Positions 1 through 11,718 of a stretch of 64,000 nt of DNA are shown here, one piece after another. The translations under genes were made by a program, and so were the position numbers. The notes beneath the pieces were generated by a model that ran no database searches, had not been told where the DNA came from, and saw only the letters and a program-made list of their open reading frames with translations. Source of the stretch: Mobula birostris (taxonomy: Eukaryota); the NCBI RefSeq assembly GCF_030028105.1, contig NC_092391.1, positions 30,105,223 to 30,169,222 on the forward strand, read 5' to 3'. Position 1 is the first letter of the stretch. Each line of letters starts with the position of its first letter.

Positions 1-522
1 ACAATGGCCTTCATAAATCAAAATATTGAGTATAGGAGTTGGGCGTTATGTCGGAGTTGTGTAACACATTCGTGAGGCCAAATTTGGAGCACAGTATGCA
101 GCTTTGGTCACCTACTTAGAGGAAAGATGTCAATAAGGTGAATGTATACAAAGAAAATTTACAAGGATGTTGCCTGGACTTGAGGCCCTGAGTTATAAGG
201 AAGGGTTGAATAGGTTAGGACCATTATTTCCTGGAGTGTAGAAAATGAAGTGAGATTTGCTTGAAACATACAAAATGAAACAAGCAGGCGTTTTCCACTG
301 AGTTCAGGTGAGACTAGAACTAGAGGTCAGAAGTTAAAGGTGAACCTGAAGCAGGAACCTTATTGTAACATTTAAGGGAGGTTTGGTTAAGCACAAGGCT
401 GGGATGGGTATAGGGGGCTATGGTTTAGGTGCAGGTTGATGAGACTAGTCAGAAAAACAGCTTGGCATGGACTAGCTAGGTCAAAGGAACTGTGTCCGTA
501 CCGTAAAACTGTACAACTCTAT
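1..522 (+). mobile_element. CR1 LINE 3' fragment, degraded
   Basis: ORF2 C-terminal-like DNA (gtgaggccaaatttggag...aaatttacaaggatgttgcc) and a CR1-type tail ending ctctatga; similar to the copies ending at 25383, 45592 and 63990. Confidence 0.85.
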
Positions 523-710
523 GAAATCTCGTTTACTCTTATCCAGCTCTTTAGCATGTTGCACTGCAATGATGCTAGGAAAATGCAAGTTATCTAAACT
601 ATGTGGTGGATATTGGCGCTGAAAGGGGAATTTTGGTATCCATTTGAAACTGGCAATATGGGTCCATGTTTAAAATCTCATTCAAAAGGTGAGATCTCAG
701 AGCAGAGTAT

Positions 711-1140
711 CGAATTGAACTGACTTTATTGAATATATCCTTCACATACATAAGGAGTAAAAATCTTTATGTCTCCGTCTAAATGTGCAATGTGCACTCA
801 CAGTAATTTATAATAAATAGAACAGTCAATATAATATAGAGTACACTCAAATCAGCGTGAGTTAATCAGTCTGATAGCCTGGAGGAAGAAGCTGGCCTGG
901 TCTGGTGGAAGAAGCTCTCCTGGGTGCCCATTGGTCCTGGCTTTTATGCTGCGGTACCGTTTCCTGGATGGTAGCAACTGGAATAGATTGTGGTTGGGGT
1001 GACTTGGGTCCACAATGATCCTACACACATGTCCTTGTAAATGTTCTGAATCATGGGAAGTTCACAACTACAGATGTGCTGGGCTGTCCACACCACTCTC
1101 TGCAGAGTCCTGCGATTAAGGGAGGTACAGTTCCCATACT
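711..1140 (-). mobile_element. Rex1/Babar-like LINE 3' fragment
   Basis: Tail gaattgaactgactttatt followed by the reverse of the SFFxQAIRL-type C-terminal region (agtctgatagcctggaggaagaagctg). Confidence 0.65.
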
Positions 1141-2313
1141 ACTGAGTATTTCTTCAGTATAGAGTGGAGGACTGCAATGAAGCACAAACCAATTTCTTTG
1201 TGTTTAAATTCTGGAGGTATAAGCAAAGTCATTCATTAGTTATTGCAGTAATAGTTTTACCAATTGCCAAATGAAAGGCAATTACCCTGACAAAAAAGAA
1301 TTAGAGCTGTGTGAATGTTTATCATGTTCTTATTAACTTCAGTACGCTAGCACGCAAAAGCACAGCAAGAGATGTAACACTCAACAGCCAAAATGCATTA
1401 GAGGTCACATGACTGTCAATGAATCCCCATCGCCATGTACATAGAGGTCAAAGTCTGATTAAAATTAACTTTACCTTTATTTTATTTATCAAACTTTGAG
1501 CACGTTCTTTTAATCTTCCATGGAAGATTTATGGTTGCAGCCACATGACTATTAATGAACTGTGTTAGAAAATATCCACTAAGCAGCAAAAGAAATTTAT
1601 AATGCTGGGTTATAAAAATGTTTAAGTCAATTGGAGCGGAAAAGTCGAAGGTCTCTACAGAACATTTGACAATATCAAAGGATCAGGTTTCCATCCAGGC
1701 ACACAGGATATGTCTGCCTTTCTCACTTCACCCATAGTCTGCTGTTGGGGACAGTAAAGGGTAAAGATCACAGCCATTCTCTTTAAAATCTGCTTCAAGT
1801 TTCTTCAAAAGTTCTTTTTATATTTTAGTAATGGAGTAAATCCAGCTAAACCTATTAATTTAACAGCGCTGATTTTATATTATAATTAGCTTCCTAAAAT
1901 GTAATTTAAAAATTCCCATTTACAATTACATCAATTAAGTTGGTTAAGGCATAGTAAAGTCAGCTACACATGCATTGCTGGATTTAAGTCCTTCATTTCA
2001 ATCTAATGTAAAGCAAGCTTAATGTCCTTAAATTTGCACAATAAGCCTCAGAGATGCTGTTTTGACACTTCTACCATTAACATGACTTAACATAGACTTG
2101 TCATTAGGCTTACCACTGGTTCTAATGACATCTAATAGCACGTCGCCCTCAGCCTTTAGCACACCGACTAATCTCACCCAATTTATTATCCAGTTCTTGA
2201 AACAACTTCCATTCTTTCCATGTAATTTTCTTTAAATATGTAGCCTTGGCTTCTTTCAACCAAAAAAATGCTTCCACTTCTGATCTCTCTATGCTCATAG
2301 AATTGTTCATCTT

Positions 2314-3260
2314 TCATAGTCATACTTTATTGATCCCAGGGGAAATTGGTTTTTGTTACAGTTGCACCATAAATAATTAAATAGTAATAAAACCATAAAT
2401 AGTTAAATAGTAATATGTAAATTATGCCAGGAAATAAGTCCAGGACCAGCCTATTGGCTCAGGGTGTCTGACCCTCCAAGGGAGGAGTTGTAAAGTTTTA
2501 TGGCCACAGGCAAGAATGACTTCCTATGACGCTCTGTGTTACACCTCGGTGGAATAAGTCTCTGGCTGAATGTACTCCTGTGCCCAACCAGTACATTACG
2601 TAGTGGATGGGAAACATTGTCCAAGATGGCATGCAACTTGGACAGCATCCTCTTTTCAGACACCACCGTCAAAGAGTTCAGTTCCATCCCCACAACATCA
2701 CTGGCCTTACGAATGAGTTTGTTGATTCTGTTGGTGTCTGCCACCCTCAGCCTGCTGCCCCAGCACACAACAGCAAACATGATAGCACTGGCCACCACAG
2801 ACTCGTAGAACATCCTCAGCATCGTCCAGCAGATGTTAAGGGACCTCAGTCTCCTCAGGAAATAGAGACGGCTCTCACCCTTCTTGTAGACAGCCTCAGT
2901 GTTCTTTGACCAGTCCAGTTTACTGTCAATTCACATCCCCAGGTATTTGTAATCCTCCACCCTGTCCACTCTGACCCCCTGGATGGAAACAGGGGTCACC
3001 AGTATCTTAGCTCTCCTCAGGTCTACCACCAGCTCCTTAGTCTTTTTCACATTAAGCTGCAGATAATCCTGCTCACACCATGTGACAAAGTTTCCTACCG
3101 TAGCCCTGTACTCAGCCTCATCTCCCTTGCTGATGCATCCAACTATGGCAGAGTCTTCAAAAAAACTTTTGAAGATGACAAGACTCTGTGCAGTAATTGA
3201 AGTCCGAGGTGTAAATGGTGAAGAGAAAGGGAGACAAGACAGTCCCATGTGGAGCCCCAG
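2314..3260 (-). mobile_element. Rex1/Babar-type LINE, 5'-truncated (RT C-terminus plus 3' UTR)
   Basis: ORF 2931..3368 has DSAIVGCI..W...LQLNVKKTKELVVD...YKYLG. ORF 2451..2822 has FYESVVAS..VVCWGS...SHPL...TERHRKSFLPVAIKLYN. Short-repeat tail. Confidence 0.88.
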
Positions 3261-3276
3261 CAATAACATTATAATA

Positions 3277-3548
3277 TATTTATTTATTGAGATACAACGT
3301 AGAACAGGCTTTTCTGGCCCTTTGAAGCACACTGCCCAACAACCCCAATTTAACCCTAGCCTAATCACGGGACAAATTACAATGACCTATTAACTCGTAC
3401 ATCTTTAGACTGTGGGAGGAAACCAGAGCACCCGGAGGAAACCCACACAGTCATGGGGAGAACATACAAACTCCTTACAGACAGCAGTAGGAAATGAACC
3501 CGGGTCACTGGTACTGTAAAGCTTTGTGCTAATCACTATGCTACCGTG
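3277..3548 (-). mobile_element. tRNA-derived V-SINE with CR1-like tail
   Basis: V-domain core tgtgggaggaaaccagagcacccggaggaaacccacacagtcatggggagaacatacaaactcc, reversed B box (gaacccgg) and A box. Confidence 0.85.
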
Positions 3549-4015
3549 ATAGAAAAATGAAGGGGTGTTTTTCTCAATCTTGTATCCCTTCTTCTCCTGA
3601 TGAGCACAACCTTGCACCTCAGTATACATTAGAATAATTGTCTTCAATACAAAGTAACGCGGGGCAACAAAGCAAACGCCATCAGGAGTTACGGACGCTT
3701 GATTAAAAATGAATAATGTCTATGAGTATCCTAGTTGTTAAAGACATCCAATTTCATTGAAGTGAACATGCAAAAACACTTATTCTTCTGTGCTCCATAT
3801 AAAGTTTTAAAGAAGGGTCACCTCATACAGAGCATTCTCTGAAAGCAGGATCCCTAAATAAGCACAAATATGAGGGAAAGAATAAGTAAAACTGAGCAAA
3901 TATAAGTCTTGGTTCTGCTTGGGAGTGTAACAGACCTCATTCCACCCAACCACACCACAGAAGTGGAATTGCTTTCCAAAGGCCAAAGCATTAACACTTA
4001 AAATTTTCCTAAAAA

Positions 4016-4557
4016 CACTCGGTTGCCATTTTATTAGGTACAACTGCTCATTAATGCAAATATCTAATCAACCGATCATGTGACAGCTACTCATGAATAA
4101 AAGCATGCAGACACGGTCAAGAGGTTCGATTGTTGTTCAGACCAAACTTCAGAATGGAGGTGAAATGTGACCTCTGTGACTTTGACCGTGGAATGATTGT
4201 TGATGCTAGTCAGGGTACTTTGAGTATCTTAGAAACTGTTGATCTCCTGGGATTTTGACGCACAAGTCTCTAGAGATAACAGAAAATGGTGCAAAAAAAT
4301 TTTAAAAAGACATCCGATGAGCAGCAGTTTTGTGGGTGAAAATGCCTTGTTAATGAGAGAGGTCAGAGGAGAATGGCCAGACTGGTTCAAGCTAACAAGA
4401 AGGTACAGTAACACAAAGAACAATGAACCATGCATTACAGTGGTGATGTGTATAAAAGCATCTCTGAAAACACAACCTTAAAATGGATAAGCTACAGCAG
4501 CAGAAGACCAAATATACTCAGTAGCCACTTTATTAGGTACAGAGGCCACTGACTGCA
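4016..4557 (+). mobile_element. Internally deleted Tc1-like DNA transposon (copy 1)
   Basis: Left TIR cactcggttgccattttattaggtac and decayed N-terminal transposase DNA-binding region. Homologous to 38931..39487 and 52441..52970. Confidence 0.85.
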
Positions 4558-4911
4558 TTTCCCAAAAACATAGAAGAGGCCTTTTGCCCAATTGAGGGGA
4601 ACAGGATAAACCCATCAATCCCATTACCACATTGTTCAATGGGGAGAGTTGGTAGCATCATTACACCAAGTAGCTTGATGTAAATTGTGATAGTAAGTCA
4701 ATATTATGGTCCAAAAGAATATATAGGGTGGCAAATGGAGCTGTTTAGACTAAATCTATTTATGACCAGAAAATAGTGAGACAACGCAGACAGAATTTCT
4801 ATTAAACATTATAGCATGCAAGTATAGTTACATTAAGCACTTAATTTTCTGAGTGCTATTGTATATATGGAACATATTCCTTTGGAAGATGCATATAGGA
4901 TGAAGTGATAA

Positions 4912-5758
4912 TATAAGTGCCTTCACAATCTCATTTCGGTCAAAGTATTGTGAGTGTTTAGAGTGGTCACTCTCTTCATGCTGAATTATATACAAAAAGA
5001 TCCTAGATAATGATAAGGTGATTAGATCTTAATTCAGTTGATGTTGTTAAATATTGGCTAGGCACATGCAAGAATGCCCTTCCTGTCCTCAAACTGCCAA
5101 GTCAAATGTCAAAACTGCCCAATCTCACAAGCCTACCTGCAAATCAAGGACCTATATACATATATAAGGTGCCAGAGAACAAGGGTCTAACCCACCCTGC
5201 TCATGGAAGCTATGTAGCATCCACGCCAGAACACCAGACTCAAAAACAATTACTTTCCCCAAACAATAAGGCTGACCAACACCTCCACCCACACCAACCT
5301 CCACTACTTTATCATTTCCTTTCAGTCACCTTATGTACCCCCTGTGCCTGAGTCATTTTATGACATAAAATCAATGTATACAAGCTCTATCTTTTGTATT
5401 TATGTTTATTGTGTTTTTTATTGTGTTCTTTATCTTATTGTGTTTTTATTTGTCCTGCATCCGATCCAGAATAACAATTATTTCATTCAACTTTACACTT
5501 GTGTACTGGAAATGACATTAAACAATCTTGAATCTTATGAGAGCAATTGCGGGTCAGTGGGGTAGGAGTGGTGGGTTATGGAAGAGAGTTTGTTTTTTAG
5601 GATCTCATCCCAAAGCTAGCACCTCTCAACGGTGCTGGACTCCTACAACACTGTGTCAAAGTGCAGCCTAGATTCTATGCTCAGGGACATGTTGTTGGAC
5701 TTGAATCCACGACTTTTGACTGCCGGGCTTCGACATTACCACTGAGTGATAGCTGACC
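4912..5758 (-). mobile_element. Ancient DeuSINE-like element split by a younger insertion
   Basis: 4912-5160 resembles the Deu domain and tail (ttaaatattggctaggcac...). 5600-5758 resembles the tRNA-like head (ctcatcccaaagctagcacctc...ggacttgaatccacgac...accactgag). Confidence 0.55.
5178..5536 (+). mobile_element. Rex1/L2-like LINE 3' tail
   Basis: cccaccctgctcatgg...accagactcaaaaacaattactttccccaa (HP...TRLKNxYFP-like), ending gacattaaacaatcttgaatctt. Confidence 0.7.
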
Positions 5759-6662
5759 CCAGTGCTCATGTCACTTTCACTGCTGCTTGTAAAAGCCAAA
5801 AAAAAAATTAAACATCAGCAGAAATCATCACTTCAGCGCTTACTCTGAAAATCATTTAAAGAAACCTTAAGGGCAATGTACATATTTGTAATTCCTGCAG
5901 AAATGTTACAAAAAGTCATTTTTCCAGATGTTATAAGAGAGTAAACATGTAGTTTTTGAATGTCACAAAGAGTTTTTAATGCTTGGCAGTGGCTATATGC
6001 TCCCCTAAGATCTACTAGCATTCTAAAAAGTTGCATACAAGGGATTTGATAACAAACATTGCCAAACCACTAATGATTGGGTTAAAATAAAGCTATTAAG
6101 ATACTGAGTAAATAAGTATAATTGAACTCCTACTCTCATACATTTTTTAATTTCCTGACTGGAATTGGAAACATTACGTGCAATGATAAAAGCAGATTGG
6201 CAGACAGTTGGCCTGGCGGTGAAAAATTGTCTGATACTTCCGATTTATCCTGGGTGACTATTTTATCCTCTTTGAGAAATGTGTAAAAAGTGATGGGACT
6301 TTGGACTATGTGTGTTGGTGTTTAAAGATCTTTGCACAAAATTCGCCAGAGGAACTCCTTCTGTCGACTGCATTCTATCGTAGAGGAGGCATGTTCTCCA
6401 AGCCACTGATCAGTTCACCATGAGTTGTCCATTGTTTCCATGGGTGTGAGAGGCTTCAACAAGGCAATGTGATTAATAGATAAAGGGATAGTCAGAAGAA
6501 TATTCTTCTCCTAGAGGATAATGAGTCACTTGAATTCTCAACCCTGTGGTTATAGAGGGTTTATAAATATCGATCATATTGAATTGCTAAAAGGTCCTGG
6601 TGATCTACTCGTATTTTTCTATGACCTTGTAAAAACATGATTCTGCTAATTCTCTGTTTCTA

Positions 6663-6965
6663 AGCTGTCCCAGGATTACAAACACCCGATTTAAGAGCAC
6701 CTTACATACAAATGAGTTTCCATAATATTATGAAATTCAAATGTCCAACATACACACTTCCATTTGCACCCATGAAACAGAACTAGTTTCCTTTCTTTCT
6801 TTACTTTTCATATAAGTCTTAAGTACTTTGAATTCCATTTATTACAAGACCTCAGAGGTATGGTTATCATATTGAGTGTTTTTTATACATTTCATGATTT
6901 ATGGACAATAACAGCTTTTGAACACCTGTAAAAACAGAACCCTTTCATTACATAGGGGTGACCTG
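6663..6965. mobile_element. Degraded pogo/Tigger-like MITE
   Basis: Ends gctgtcccaggattacaaac ... ttcattacataggggtgacctg resemble decayed CAGGT..CCC TIRs. Confidence 0.4.
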
Positions 6966-7231
6966 CACAAGAAGGCATCTATACCGGGCAAAGCCAAATG
7001 AAATGACCTCACTGATAGCATCCAAAGTTAATCTTTATTTAAGGAAGGTCCTTACAAGTTAAATTATTTAAATGAAATTCATTAGAAAAAAATTAAATGC
7101 AAAAATTGTTCTTTCATTGCATGAATTAAGCATGTAATATCAGAACATATTGTGTGTTAGATTTTGCTTTCAAATGTCACTTCCACTAACCTTAATGAAA
7201 ACAGGAAACATCTTAACTTCATAAACAACAA

Positions 7232-7442
7232 CAAAAAAAATGTTGAAAACACTCAGGAGGCCAAGCAGCATCTGTGGAGTGAGAAGGAACAAATGTTTGA
7301 GTGTTGAGACTCTTTGGTGGTATTCTGATAAAGGATTTCCCACCTTAAGCAATAACAGTTTCTCTCTTCACAGCTCCTGCCTGACCTGCTGAATGTTTCT
7401 AACATGTTCTGCTTTATTGCAGATTCCCAGCATTTGCAGTTT
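7232..7442. repeat. Palindromic doublet of Penelope-terminus-like repeat
   Basis: Left arm actcaggaggccaagcagcatctgtggag is inverted relative to right arm ttcacagctcctgcctgacctgctgaatg. Confidence 0.65.
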
Positions 7443-7494
7443 CTTTAGCTTTCATTTACTGGGATGATTGTTGCTTTCCATGCAAGCTGAGAAC

Positions 7495-7835
7495 AGAATC
7501 AGAATCGGGTACATTAGCACTGACATATGTTGTGAAATTTGTTGTTTTATGGCAGCAGTACACTGAAAGACAAAAAAAATTATGTTAAGTTACAATAAAA
7601 ATAAAATCAAGACTTAATGCAAAAGAGGCAGAGTGAGGTAGACTTCATGGCCCATTCAGAAATTTGATGGTACAGGGAATAAAACATTGATTATGCACCT
7701 TCTGACTCCTGTGCCTCCTCCTAATGGAGTAATGAAAAGAGGGCACATCCCAGATGGTAAGGATCCTCAATGATGGTTGCTGCCTTCTTGAGGTACCGCC
7801 TGGTGAAGATGTCCTCGATGGTGAGAAGGCTTGTG
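7495..7835 (-). mobile_element. Rex1/Babar-like LINE 3' tail
   Basis: agaatcagaatc tail and similarity to the 3' end of the 49238..51108 element. Confidence 0.75.
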
Positions 7836-8261
7836 TGTTACCATACGCACCCAACCACGCAGCCTCCAGGGTTTATGCACTCCGATTCTCTGGAATATGG
7901 ATAGCCGGCATGGTCCCTTTTAAGATTCTGGGCCCCTCCGCTAACTGGCAGCCATGCTTTGGCGCCAAGATTTGGATATTTAAAGAGCACCTTAACTCGG
8001 GGGTCGGTGCTCAACCGTCAGCTCAACTTTGGTTCAATCCGCGACTGCACTTAGATTGCTTCTGTGTTGTTTAGACTCTCACCTAGTCTCGTCAGGTTTT
8101 CATCTAGCATCTCATCAAGAACCTTGTTCTTATCTCAGTCTCAAAATCGTGTCTTAATTCTAGTCTCGGATACTCTAGCACTTGTGTCCTTACCATCCTG
8201 ACCTCAGCCACTTGTCACACCTGTGTCCGCGATAAAGCCCGAGATCCTAAAGTTAAGAACA
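7836..8261 (+). mobile_element. Candidate solo LTR
   Basis: TGTT...AACA termini, CpG-richer than flanks, TATA-like tatttaaa at ~7977 and gataaa near the 3' end. Only gtg is shared by both flanks, so the TSD is unconvincing. Confidence 0.45.
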
Positions 8262-9477
8262 GTGCGGTTGGTTATGTTAGAAAATACAGCTGAAAGTGTC
8301 AGAACCCAAGCTTGCAGAGATCTCCTGCCACTTCAACACAGCTCATGATGACAGCCTCAAACCCGTCACAGATTCATTCCTGCAGTTTTAGAATGAAAAA
8401 ATGTCAACATGTCTGTCAAAGTAATTCAGACTGATCCTTCACAGTTTAAAAAGTTCACAGTTAACAGCAGCAAATAACATTTAAACAGTATTTTTATGAA
8501 ACACCATCTGTGAAACAAAAGCCAACTGCTTCCTGTTGGTCACTCAAGTTCACAGAGGTAGCAATGGAAGAGAAAAAGTAGTTGCCATTCAAATGCAAGT
8601 TCCAACTGTGGCTTACTTAGTTTTTGTTTGACCTCAGAATGAGCCGATGTTACTTTCAAAGTACTAGTCCAAAGATCTTAACAGGCAGACCGGACAAAGA
8701 GACAGGTCTAAGATGCAGTCTCCTTGGATCAGATAAAAAATGCTCCAACAGATGTACAAATTATGCTTATTCCAGAAACATACTCTTTTTGTATAAATGT
8801 CACAGAAGAGGCCAAATTAATACATCTCTGTGACGGGGCACACATTACAATATTGCAAATCCGTTTGCCAAAGAATTTCCCTCAAAATATTTCACCTTTT
8901 AGCTTCAACAACATCGAGAATTCAAAGGACGTTAGATGGGTTAAGGAGAAATGCTGATTGTGGCTGTCATAGACAGCCACACACTGAAGTGTACTTATTA
9001 GGGCCATCTTAATTTTTATTTCTCAAAGTGATTTCAAGCAACCGTGGTAAACAAGAGCACAAGAGAATGCTCAACGTAATCAAGTTTCAGTTCTATGTAA
9101 ATACCCCTCTATGTAAATTGCATGCTGCAGAGAGATTAAGAGATGTTAGCTTGATATGGCTGACTCTTCTGCTAATGTGTTAATTATAAACATGCAAACG
9201 AATGATATCTGCAACAGGCATTCAGAGGGTGCAAGCTCAAGGTCCATGGATCCCTGGAGCTATCATGTAAGTGACCTTGTGAAAAGATACATGGCTACAA
9301 CAAATTATGCTGCAGGAGATATTTTCTATTTGGAACAAGCAATAAAGTAATTAAAAAATTCTTTTAAAGCCAAGTATCCTGCTAGTAAAGACGGACAATG
9401 TTGTGGGAGAGCAACTGAGAGGGCAACAGCATGGGTTCAGCATCAAAAATTATAAATGGTACTTTTTTCATTGCCAA

Positions 9478-9805
9478 TGGTGCACAGTGGTTAAATTACC
9501 AAACCACAAACTCGGATGCCTGGACTAACTCTTCAGAATTCCAAGTTCAAATCCCACCCTGGCAACTGTGGAATTTAATTGATAATGAAGACCACAAACC
9601 ACCAGATTGTTCAAAAAATCCATCTGGATCAGGAGAGGGAATCTTACCAATGTGGTATACCAGAACCTCTGCAATGGGGTTGACCCTTTAATTATAACCA
9701 CAACTGCAGCAGTTCAAGAAGGCAGCTCACCACCATCTTCTGAAGAGCAATTAGGGAATGACAATAAATGCTGGACTTCCTGGAGAGGCCAAAATACTAA
9801 AGAAG
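9478..9805 (+). mobile_element. tRNA-derived SINE with L2-like tail, degraded
   Basis: A-box-like cagtggtta, B-box-like gttcaaatccc, tail gcagttcaagaaggcagctcaccaccatcttc...gcaattaggga...aataaatgctgg. Confidence 0.7.
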
Positions 9806-9839
9806 TAGCTAATTTTTAAAATGGAGAGAGAAGCGAGAC

Positions 9840-10015
9840 TATAGATGCTGGAAATCTCGTTCAATGCATGCAAAATGCTGGAGGAACTCAGCATGTCAGA
9901 CAGCATCTATGGAATCTTGATGAAGGGTCTCAACTTGAAATGTCGACTGTTCACCTCCCTCTATAGATGCTGCCTGATTCACTGATTTTCTCCAGTGCTT
10001 TTTGTGTGTGATGCT
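9840..10015. repeat. Palindromic doublet of Penelope-terminus-like repeat
   Basis: tgctggaggaactcagcatgtcagacagcatctatgga is inverted against tctatagatgctgcctgattcactgattttctccagtgc, with a decayed hammerhead-like core at 9915-9949. Confidence 0.75.
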
Positions 10016-10370
10016 AAGTGAAATTCAGATTAAAATGGTGGAATCATTTGATAGTTACCTTTTCACAGAAAGCCAAGGGACCCAAATACTGAAGCAATGC
10101 AAACAAATTCATCAAAACTCATTCTTACATTAGGTTCCAATTCAATACCCACTTTGTACAAAGGCGAAAAATAACAAGAATTAATGAATGCCAGCAAAAC
10201 TAGTATATGAATATGCTGGGTAAATACCTCCATACCATCTGTCACAAGCAGGACTTCCCGGTGGCCAAACATTTTAATTTTGATTCCCATTCCTATTCTG
10301 ATGTGTCGATCCATGGCCTCCTCTTGTGCCAAGATGAGACAATCCTCAGGGTGGAGGAGCAACAACATAA

Positions 10371-10972
10371 CAGGTGTCCCCCGCTTTACGAACGTCCACT
10401 TTACGCCACTTCGCCTTTACGAAAGACCTATATTAATACCCATTTTCGCTCATCAAATGAGGATTTTCACTAAATACCGTTCAGCCTTTGTTTTGCAGCA
10501 AGCCATTATAGAGGCAGCGCGCGCCCCGAGCAGAGCCACCAAGCTCCTTCCCCGGGAACTTACTTCTCTGTGAAGTAAGGTCTGAGAAACGGCGGCAGGG
10601 CCCGCTTTAACCTTGTGTTTACCTTCAGAAAGACTACCATGACCGTGAAGCCTTGCGTATGCATGTACGTACCGATTTTTCTTTTGGCTAAAGCTTGCTG
10701 ATTCTGGGAAGTGAAACTACACTGTACATACATTATTTCTACTTTATATAGGCTGTGTATTTATCATATCATTCCTGCTTTTACTATATGTTAGTGTTAT
10801 TTTAGGTTTTATGTGCTATTTGGTATGATTTGGTGGGTCATTTTTTGGGTCTGGGAACGCTCAAAAGTTTTTCCAGTATAAATTCATGGTAATTGCTTCT
10901 TTGCTTTACGCCATTGCAGCTTATGAAAGGTTTCATAGGAACGCTGTACTTTCGGATAGCGGGGGAAACCTG
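10371..10972. mobile_element. pogo/Tigger-like MITE
   Basis: TIRs caggtgtcccccgct and agcgggggaaacctg (14/15 complementary), TA on the right flank and taa on the left, no ORF. Confidence 0.85.
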
Positions 10973-11261
10973 TATTCCATCTGGATAGACTCCAATCTGA
11001 TAGCATGAATATAGATTTCTCCTTCTGGTACACAAATTACCCCTCCCCCCTCACTCTGACCACTCACCTCTTCTCACCTGCCTATATCTTCCCCTGGGTC
11101 CTTTCCTCCTTCCCTTTCTCCTATGGTCCACTCTTTTCTATCAGATTCCTTTTTCTTCAGCCCTTGACCTTTTCCACCCACCTGGCTTCACATATCACCT
11201 TCCAGCCAGTCACCTTCCCTTCCCCCAAACTTTTCATTCTGGCATCTTCCCCCTTCCTTCT

Positions 11262-11299
11262 CAATCCTGAAGAAGGGTCTCGACCCGAAACATCGACTA
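11262..11299 (+). ncRNA. Minimal hammerhead ribozyme motif in Penelope terminal repeat (partly decayed)
   Basis: caatc-CTGAAGA-a-gggt[ctcg]accc-GAAA-catc-gacta: core boxes present and helix II perfect; helices I and III carry substitutions. Confidence 0.6.
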
Positions 11300-11507
11300 T
11301 CTGTTCATTTCTACAATGCTGCTTGACCTGCTGAGTTCCTCTAGCACTTTGTGTGTGTTGCTTAGGTAAATATAAGCCAGGTAAATCTTCATTGGTTATG
11401 GAAGACATACCAATACATAGCACCTCTATTTAAAGAGGAAAGGAAAATAGACCCAGGAACTACAGGTAAAGCAACCCTATCAGTAATAGCCCTGACAGAT
11501 GTGATAG

Positions 11508-11718
11508 TATAGGGTGACAGATGATACATATTCTTCATAATAGAAACTGTTCTACATAATTCACAAAATCCATCAATGAGTTGGTGTGAGAGACTGTGTC
11601 TGACGTAATTACGTCAGAGTGAGGCGACTGCTTTTGATTTATTCGTAATGGAAGCAAAATGTTGCAGCTTTGAAGCACACAAAATGACTCTCGCAAGTTT
11701 TATTCACAAAATCCTGCA
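11508..11718 (+). repeat. 5' LTR of the Gypsy element
   Basis: Direct repeat of 14197..14419, ends ...cctgca and is followed by the PBS-like tggtgacc at 11720-11727. Confidence 0.85.

Larger units (their letters stand above)
10222..11362 (+). mobile_element. Penelope-like retroelement 3' fragment (GIY-YIG C-terminus plus terminal repeat), interrupted by a MITE
   Basis: Peptide HKQDFPVAKHFNFDSHS...HGLLLCQDE..LRVEEQ continues after the MITE as (F)HLDRLQSDSMNIDFSFW, matching the PVAxHFN...PxGxN end of Penelope endonucleases. A pyrimidine-rich UTR and the terminal repeat follow. Confidence 0.8.
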
